Part shown: positions 19,230 through 25,100 of the stretch, piece after piece
Layout of the letters: every line of letters begins with the position of its first letter
Numbering within the stretch: position 1 is the first letter of the stretch
IMG/VR virus record: IMGVR_UViG_3300009709_000020
Coordinates: 1-64,000 of that record
Origin: a virus
DNA length: 64,000 bases
Direction: 5' to 3' (one strand)
The notes under the pieces: model-generated
Database searches by the model: none
What the model was told of the DNA's origin: nothing
The model's input: only the letters and a program-made list of their open reading frames with translations
Made by a program: the position numbers and the translations under genes

Positions 19230-20114
19230 ATGGAAAATAACCCACTACGTCAATACTTTCGCAGACCAGCAGTTTATTTAAAACTGCCTTCAGGTGGTAA
19301 AGAATACCAATCATCAGTTCTTGTTCTCCCTGATTCAGGAGAATTTCCTGTATATCCGATGACGGCAATTGATGAAATTACTGCACGAACCCCTGATGCA
19401 TTGTTTAATGGTGTCGCCGTAGTTGATCTAATCAAGAGTTGTGTGCCAGATATCAAAGATCCATGGGGAATTAATTCAAATGATTTGGATTCAATTCTTA
19501 TTGCAATTCGAGCGGCTTCCGGCAGCGATGCATTCGAATTAGAATCAGAATGCAGAGAATGCAAGGAAAAAACCTCATACAACATTAATCTTGCCGGCAT
19601 TTTAAGCACGTTAAGGCCTGCAGATTATTCACAAGAACTTGCAATCCGTGATCTGAAAATCAAATTTAAACCACTGACCTACAAAGAAATGAATGAAGGT
19701 GCATTAGGTCAGTTTGATATTCAAAAAACAATGTCTGCATTGTTGTCTGCTCCTATACAACAAAACTATAGTTTTGACCCTAATAATCCACAGCCCGCAC
19801 AAGATGATCCTGAACTAGTTAAGCAACGTGAAAAACTAATTCATGATGCATTGGAAAAAACAACTCATTTAACTATGGAATTGCTTGCAAACACAGTTGA
19901 CTACATTAAAACTCCACAAGCATTAGTATCAGAAAATGAATTCATTCTTGATTTTCTAAAAAATTGTGATAGAGAAACATATAATGCGATCAGAGAATAT
20001 AACGCCAAACTAAAAAGCGAAACTGATCTAAAACCACTGGATGTAAAATGTCCACATTGCAATCATGAATACCAACAAAGCTTTACATTGAACCCAACGG
20101 ATTTTTTCGGGTAA
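19230..20114 (+). CDS. gp26-like baseplate hub/tail assembly protein
   Basis: LKLPSGG, PMTAIDE, DLDSILIAIR.AS, two CxxC motifs, ends DFFG. Confidence 0.75.
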   Translation: MENNPLRQYFRRPAVYLKLPSGGKEYQSSVLVLPDSGEFPVYPMTAIDEITARTPDALFNGVAVVDLIKSCVPDIKDPWGINSNDLDSILIAIRAASGSDAFELESECRECKEKTSYNINLAGILSTLRPADYSQELAIRDLKIKFKPLTYKEMNEGALGQFDIQKTMSALLSAPIQQNYSFDPNNPQPAQDDPELVKQREKLIHDALEKTTHLTMELLANTVDYIKTPQALVSENEFILDFLKNCDRETYNAIREYNAKLKSETDLKPLDVKCPHCNHEYQQSFTLNPTDFFG

Positions 20115-20335
20115 GACTTCTTATTTCGTCTCACGATGAAATTAAGAAGTTAATTGACGATTATGAAAATGAAGTAGAAGGCATTAAAAAAAATGCTATG
20201 ACCATGGCAAGATACATGCGAGGCTCAATGAGTTATAATGATGTGCTGAACATGAGTGCCAAAGAACGCGCAAGCATTAATGAAGTATTCGAGGAAATAG
20301 TAGAATTGCACAAAAAAGGGATCGATATTCTTTAA
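20108..20335 (+). CDS. gp51-like C-terminal module in the -1 frame, probably reached by ribosomal frameshift
   Basis: 75 open codons RVRLLISSHDEIKKLIDDYENE...MSYNDVLNMSAKER...DIL*; no ATG/GTG/TTG until 20198; slippery T TTT TTC at 20102-20108. Confidence 0.7.
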   Translation, partial: RVRLLISSHDEIKKLIDDYENEVEGIKKNAMTMARYMRGSMSYNDVLNMSAKERASINEVFEEIVELHKKGIDIL

Positions 20336-20345
20336 TCGATCCCTT
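20316..20345. terminator. Hairpin between convergent genes
   Basis: AAGGGATCGAT / ATCGATCCCTT. Confidence 0.65.
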
Positions 20346-20697
20346 AATTAAATCGTAACTTGTATTCCATTTGAATTTTTTCATCATGGAATTTTACACT
20401 ATGCTTAAATTCAATATCTTCGTATTTTATGATCAAGCAATGAAGATGTTTAACGCAGAAATTAAATTCTGCTATGTCATCGAATCTACGACCAAATAGG
20501 TAATAGATTTTTCTGCCATCTGCTGCAATAATGGCAGGACCATTTGGATTATGGCGAAATCCGTCAACAAACCAAGATTGTCTTCCATTTTCTAATACCA
20601 ACGCAGGCCCATCGAGGTTGTGTAATTGATTTTTATCATTTCGAAACTGTTTTTCAACAGGGGCCATCACTTCGAATACTTCTAATTTAGGTGCCAT
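20344..20697 (-). CDS. GPA-repeat (MORN-like) family protein
   Basis: LHNLDGPA and RHNPNGPA repeats; C-terminal EYKLRF. Confidence 0.8.
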   Translation of the reverse strand: MAPKLEVFEVMAPVEKQFRNDKNQLHNLDGPALVLENGRQSWFVDGFRHNPNGPAIIAADGRKIYYLFGRRFDDIAEFNFCVKHLHCLIIKYEDIEFKHSVKFHDEKIQMEYKLRFN

Positions 20698-20705
20698 ACA
20701 AAGCC

Positions 20706-21044
20706 TTATAAAAATCGTAAATTATATTCTGCTTGAATTTTAGGATCAGTGAAATACCAGATTGGATTTCCAAAATTAACATCATAATCAATACAATAAT
20801 CTAAATGGTTGACGATGAATGCATATTCCTCTTGTTTGCGAACAGTGCAATTGTTCAAATAATAAATTTCGCGCCCCATGTGAATCGTCGCAGGGCCATT
20901 CTCTCTGTGTCGTTTTCCGTGCATAAACCAATGTTCTCCGTACGGAGTTATTACAGCCGGCAAATCATCATGAGAATGTAGATTTCCATCCTCATCTAAC
21001 AAATGGTAATATCCATTACACTTATCTATATACCGATGATCCAT
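20706..21044 (-). CDS. GPA-repeat (MORN-like) family protein
   Basis: LHSHDDLPA and RHRENGPA repeats; C-terminal EYNLRF; TTGACA-N17-TATATA ending 6 nt before ATG. Confidence 0.8.
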   Translation of the reverse strand: MDHRYIDKCNGYYHLLDEDGNLHSHDDLPAVITPYGEHWFMHGKRHRENGPATIHMGREIYYLNNCTVRKQEEYAFIVNHLDYCIDYDVNFGNPIWYFTDPKIQAEYNLRFL

Positions 21045-21084
21045 AATTTCTATATACGATAATCATGAAAATATGTCAACAAGA

Positions 21085-22136
21085 AATCCGGATATAACTC
21101 CGTCCTACGTAAAGAAGAATAATATGAATTTCAACAATGAATCGAACAGGTCTAACGACCACGTTCAAAAACACTAATTTTTCGCTCGTTTCACATCGCT
21201 CAAATTATATTGTTTTTTTATTGTTTTGTAAGTTATGAATTTTAATTACTTAATTCCGGTTTCTTTTAAGCGGAGCTAATGCGTAGCGTTCTTCTGCATG
21301 ATTCCGAGGAGTGCCATGGTAGTGCTTGTCACAGCACTACCAAAAACTTTTAAAGGAAACATTCCTTGTCGGCTCTATGCTATGAGTTCACCGTCAACAT
21401 AGCTAATTTGTGCTTGTTGACGACACCGGTCTCGTTGTAAGCTATGACGTGGTTAGTAGTGGAAAAGAGGTTAAGTCAGGCTTCACGATCTCCGCATATC
21501 TATTTTTTCGTTCCGCAGTGCTGTTTAACTGCCGGTGCACAGAGACCCCTTAACATTTTCCGAGACGCATGTTCTGCCCTTCACTCATAGACTACGGGCA
21601 GACTCATTGAGGGATCGCAATACCAGGATCCGAGAGCCCTCTCGGTGTTCCTAGGCGTCACTATCAACAGAACCGCCCACGATCGACACTTTAACAATCA
21701 TTTAACATCTCATCATAAGTGATTGCAATCAATATAAAATCAACAGATAGTATATCTCGATATGTGGTTTATGAATTCTAAAATTCGTGTTAATAGGTAA
21801 TGAATATAAGATGTATACCCCTATTAAAACGATAATAGAATTAATTTCTCCTTTACTATTTCTACCCAATCCGAAATTTATTTTTATAAAAAATATTTTT
21901 TTAATTTTGGAATGGGTAAATTTAACAAAGGGTCCGATAGCTTGTTTACAGGTTTATCATACGTGGATATCCTGTAAACCGCCTAGCTTCCCTAGAATCT
22001 GATCGCATTCATCAGTGGTGCAATCTCAAAGGGGGTCGAGGAACCACGACCAAACACCGATAGCATTCAATAAAGTGGGCTACAATGCACCCTTATTACA
22101 ATATTGACTGTAAAAGAGAAAAGAAATTTCCCCTAA
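21085..22136 (-). ncRNA. Large structured non-coding element, copy 1 (unknown family)
   Basis: No credible ORF; ordered blocks shared with 59003-60295; compensatory stem changes; TTGCAT-N17-TATAAT at 22171-22143; boundaries approximate and strand inferred from the promoter. Confidence 0.75.
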
Positions 22137-22142
22137 GACGTA

Positions 22143-22171
22143 ATTATATTTAATATAGGAAAATAATGCAA
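22143..22171 (-). promoter_or_regulatory. sigma70-type promoter (with overlapping TAAATA) heading non-coding copy 1
   Basis: -35 TTGCAT 22166-22171, 17-nt spacer, -10 TATAAT 22143-22148. Confidence 0.65.
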
Positions 22172-22207
22172 TAAAATTTTGTAATAATATTGCGCAGGAA
22201 TTTAGCC

Positions 22208-22239
22208 AAAAAAATAACCCAGAAAATTTCTGGGTTATT
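22208..22239 (-). terminator. Intrinsic terminator insulating the non-coding element
   Basis: AATAACCCAGAA/TTCTGGGTTATT stem with U-tract on minus. Confidence 0.75.
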
Positions 22240-22311
22240 ATAGTTGTTTGAAGCTATAAAACTATTTAGCAGATAATGTGTTGTACTTTAAACATATCTA
22301 ACCTCCTTTAA

Positions 22312-22611
22312 TTACATAATATCATTAAATTCGTCAGCAGACATCCGCAGATAGTCCAGTTCAGTATAACCTAGACGATCAATGCCATCGCCGCCGCCGA
22401 CATAGTTACCATCAGAATCGAATGCGGAATATCCATAGCTGTCGAAACCTTCTGAATCATAATCCGCAAAGTGCTTGCGTTCATTATATTCTCCGGAAGT
22501 TTCACGATTGTAATCTTCAGGGATTTCCTTGTCTGCATTGTACCTAAACTCGGACCAATCACGAGCAGCGAGAGCGCGGGTGATAGATGGGCTATACTTA
22601 CCTCGACTCAT
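22312..22611 (-). CDS. Hypothetical early protein with DxxG(F/Y) repeats
   Basis: YDSEGFDSYGY, FDSDGNY, IDRLGY; AAGGA SD; promoter TTGACA-N17-TAGAAA at 22675-22647. Confidence 0.75.
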   Translation of the reverse strand: MSRGKYSPSITRALAARDWSEFRYNADKEIPEDYNRETSGEYNERKHFADYDSEGFDSYGYSAFDSDGNYVGGGDGIDRLGYTELDYLRMSADEFNDIM

Positions 22612-22686
22612 TATTTAATTCCTTTCGATCTCGTCTTGTTGATCTTTTTCTACTCGGAATTAAATGGCATGTCAACCAAAAAAATA

Positions 22687-23763
22687 TTATTTTTTCTTTT
22701 TGCAATTATCAAAATGATAACGAATCATGTTTCCGCCACCGCCAGTAAAATCGCAATGAGGACATGTTCTTACTATTTTTTTCTTGCCTTTGTGACCTAA
22801 ACCAATTTTTGCTGCATGATCAGCAGTTTTTGGTTTACCTTTTGTTGCTTTGCTGATGTTGTCTTTCCAGGTTTGTATTTCGTTTTCATCCATTTTATAA
22901 AAACACGGTTTTCCGTACATCCCATTTTCTTCACCGCGTTTTATTCTTCTTTCATCTGTTTTCCATTTTTCTTTTTGTTCAACGGTGTGAGTTTTTCCAT
23001 AAAAACTTGCATTTTCTCCTCTTGGGGGAGGATTATTTTCAATTGCTAATCGTTGATTTTCTCTGATTTCTTTTGCACGTTCTTCCCCAAAAGATTCTTC
23101 TAATGTTTTACCTTTAAAAGGAGATTCCATTCCATAAAAAGGATTATTTTCTCCTGCTAAATTATTTTTTATAAATTCAGTTCTTTGGTCTTCTGTCATG
23201 CACCGATATAGATAATGATTTTTACCTCGATAATAATTATCGAGATAATCTTGGTGTTCTTCTTCGGTTAATAAATGTTTCCAATATGGTCCCGTTTCAT
23301 AACGTTTTTTTAACGTGTCGCTACGTTTCATTCTATTTTCTTCTGACATTTCATCCGGAACAATAAATTTTACTCCAGGTATACATTTATTGTAAAATTT
23401 TTTTTCGCCGTTATCAAGTTTTATTCGTAAAACGTCTTCGGATATTTGTCTGTGTACTTCTGCATATGATAATGATGCTTTTGTTTTATGCAAGGATTCA
23501 ATAATGAATTGATAATTTTCTATACCGTGTTGTTTAATCGCATCATTCAGATGGGTCGAAGATCCGGTATATGTTTTCCAATCAGATTCTAATGTTTTTT
23601 TGGACCTATTTTTTTTGCCCGCGACGACTTTCCTGCGCACAAAAAAGAATTGTTTTTTTCCTATATATTCTTTTCCGGTGTGAAGTTCTTTTATTCGATA
23701 AATAAATCCAAACCATTCCTTAATATCAAACTCTGCAAAAAATTCCCAATGACCTAAATCCAT
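22687..23763 (-). CDS. GIY-YIG (Seg-like) endonuclease with NUMOD3-type repeats
   Basis: GFIYRI...EYIGKK, YTGSS, repeated GENxxxYG motifs, C-terminal CPHC..HFDNC. Confidence 0.85.
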   Translation of the reverse strand: MDLGHWEFFAEFDIKEWFGFIYRIKELHTGKEYIGKKQFFFVRRKVVAGKKNRSKKTLESDWKTYTGSSTHLNDAIKQHGIENYQFIIESLHKTKASLSYAEVHRQISEDVLRIKLDNGEKKFYNKCIPGVKFIVPDEMSEENRMKRSDTLKKRYETGPYWKHLLTEEEHQDYLDNYYRGKNHYLYRCMTEDQRTEFIKNNLAGENNPFYGMESPFKGKTLEESFGEERAKEIRENQRLAIENNPPPRGENASFYGKTHTVEQKEKWKTDERRIKRGEENGMYGKPCFYKMDENEIQTWKDNISKATKGKPKTADHAAKIGLGHKGKKKIVRTCPHCDFTGGGGNMIRYHFDNCKKKK

Positions 23764-23764
23764 T

Positions 23765-23803
23765 ATAATCTCCTCATCCTTATTTATCGGATGAGGAGAT
23801 TAT
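23765..23803 (-). promoter_or_regulatory. RBS-sequestering hairpin with late promoter in the loop
   Basis: 15-bp perfect stem ATAATCTCCTCATCC/GGATGAGGAGATTAT; loop GATAAATAA; GAGGAG SD in the 3' arm. Confidence 0.8.
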
Positions 23804-23810
23804 TTAGGCT

Positions 23811-23873
23811 TTAATGATATTTTGCGATGAAACGTTCGTATGCTGAACCTTTATTTTTTGCTGGAGATGGCAT
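23811..23873 (-). pseudogene. 20-codon remnant resembling the N-terminus of an Hjc-type Holliday junction resolvase
   Basis: MPSPAKNKGSAYERFIAKYH*; KGxxxER motif; AAGGA SD and TAAATA upstream. Confidence 0.5.
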
Positions 23874-23912
23874 TCTTTTTCCTTTTAATTATTTAAAAGG
23901 AAAAATCTAGTC

Positions 23913-24158
23913 TTATTTAAATTTTAATGTCCATTCTAGTTCTAGATTTTTATTCTTGAATACTAGTTTAGGTGCTTTGCAGTTTGGATTAGGGAATTCA
24001 AATTTAACTTCTGTATAATGTTTGAAAATGTATGTCCATTCTTCAAGTGAGTCGAATTGATACCCATGAATCCAATATTCTTCTCTCCCACCCAAAGGAA
24101 TTGGAACTAATAATGAATGCAAAAGACCTTTTCCGTCTCTATATGATTCAGTAAGCAT
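23913..24158 (-). CDS. GPA-repeat family protein (degenerate repeat)
   Basis: LHSLLVP..EEYWIHGY; C-terminal EWTLKF. Confidence 0.75.
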   Translation of the reverse strand: MLTESYRDGKGLLHSLLVPIPLGGREEYWIHGYQFDSLEEWTYIFKHYTEVKFEFPNPNCKAPKLVFKNKNLELEWTLKFK

Positions 24159-24511
24159 TATGCGAACCTTAAATTATATTCAGTTTCTAGGTTTTGATCA
24201 AGAATTGTCATTTTTCCAGCCATACTAAAATCTAGATGTTCTATGTGTTTCACACACCATTCCCATTCATTTTTATTTGCAAAAAAAGGATATCCATGAA
24301 TCCAATATTCTTCTGTCCCGTTTTCCCATGTTAGTGCAGGACCCACTAAGGAATGAAACTTGTTATTATCATCTTTCATACTAGTATGATCTGTGTTCAG
24401 CACCGTACGTGCCATATTTTCTAAAATATTTTTTCCTTGTTTGGAAATACTTTTCGTAACCATTCTATCATACAGCGGCAATTTCTTTGGCATATACGAA
24501 ACCTTCATCAT
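24158..24511 (-). CDS. GPA-repeat family protein (start uncertain, possibly 24463)
   Basis: FHSLVGPA..EEYWIHGY; C-terminal EYNLRF. Confidence 0.7.
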   Translation of the reverse strand: MMKVSYMPKKLPLYDRMVTKSISKQGKNILENMARTVLNTDHTSMKDDNNKFHSLVGPALTWENGTEEYWIHGYPFFANKNEWEWCVKHIEHLDFSMAGKMTILDQNLETEYNLRFA

Positions 24512-24653
24512 TCACAGTTTTATCAACTGGTACAATATCATATGCTTCATAAATTGCAATATCTAAATCTCTTCCAGATAATTCAAAAAATGGATCGACT
24601 TTCTGTGCCATTTCAGCAAAATCTATCCTGCTCAACGTGAAATATACAAACAT
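24468..24653 (-). CDS. Small hypothetical protein
   Basis: 61 aa, AAGGAG SD. Confidence 0.6.
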   Translation of the reverse strand: MFVYFTLSRIDFAEMAQKVDPFFELSGRDLDIAIYEAYDIVPVDKTVNDEGFVYAKEIAAV

Positions 24654-24703
24654 GATGGAACTCCTTACGCATAGTTGAATATCACTTAATAGTAACTATT
24701 CGG

Positions 24704-25033
24704 TTAACCGAATCTAAGCATAAATTCTAATTCTGCGTTTGAATCAAGCCATAGCAATGTTGGTCTACCGAAACCCAATTGTTGAGGTCCAACAATGTCA
24801 AAAATTCGTAGTTTATCATTTTTGATTTGCTCCAAACAATATACCCATTGTTCTTCATTTGCAAATCGATAGCCGCGTAAATAAAATTTTTCTCTTCCGT
24901 CTTTTCTGATAATAGCAGGACCATCTTCTCGGTGGAATTTGTCATCGACTTTCCAAATTAAGTTTCCATCCAAAGTCTTTTTTCCTGATACGGTATATCG
25001 AGGATGTCTCGGATTATCAATAGCAATATCCAT
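24704..25033 (-). CDS. GPA-repeat family protein
   Basis: FHREDGPA..EKFYLRGY; C-terminal EFMLRF. Confidence 0.8.
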   Translation of the reverse strand: MDIAIDNPRHPRYTVSGKKTLDGNLIWKVDDKFHREDGPAIIRKDGREKFYLRGYRFANEEQWVYCLEQIKNDKLRIFDIVGPQQLGFGRPTLLWLDSNAELEFMLRFG

Positions 25034-25100
25034 GGTTAAACCCTTTCGTCAAAAATCAGAAAGGGTTTAACACCTTGAGCAAATTTAGTCAAGACTAAAT

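Noticed and set aside
21787-22002. 71-aa plus-strand ORF, and ORFs 59334-59552 and 59383-59568
   Set aside because: No SD, no homologous frame in the other copy, and they overlap covarying structure; likely spurious
21085-22136. tRNA, tmRNA, RNase P RNA or group I/II intron as the identity of the paired elements
   Set aside because: No T-loop GTTCRA with acceptor stem, no GAGGAAAGTCC, no group II domain V pattern, no group I P7 motifs conserved in both copies, and no interrupted host gene; visual check only, cmscan still needed
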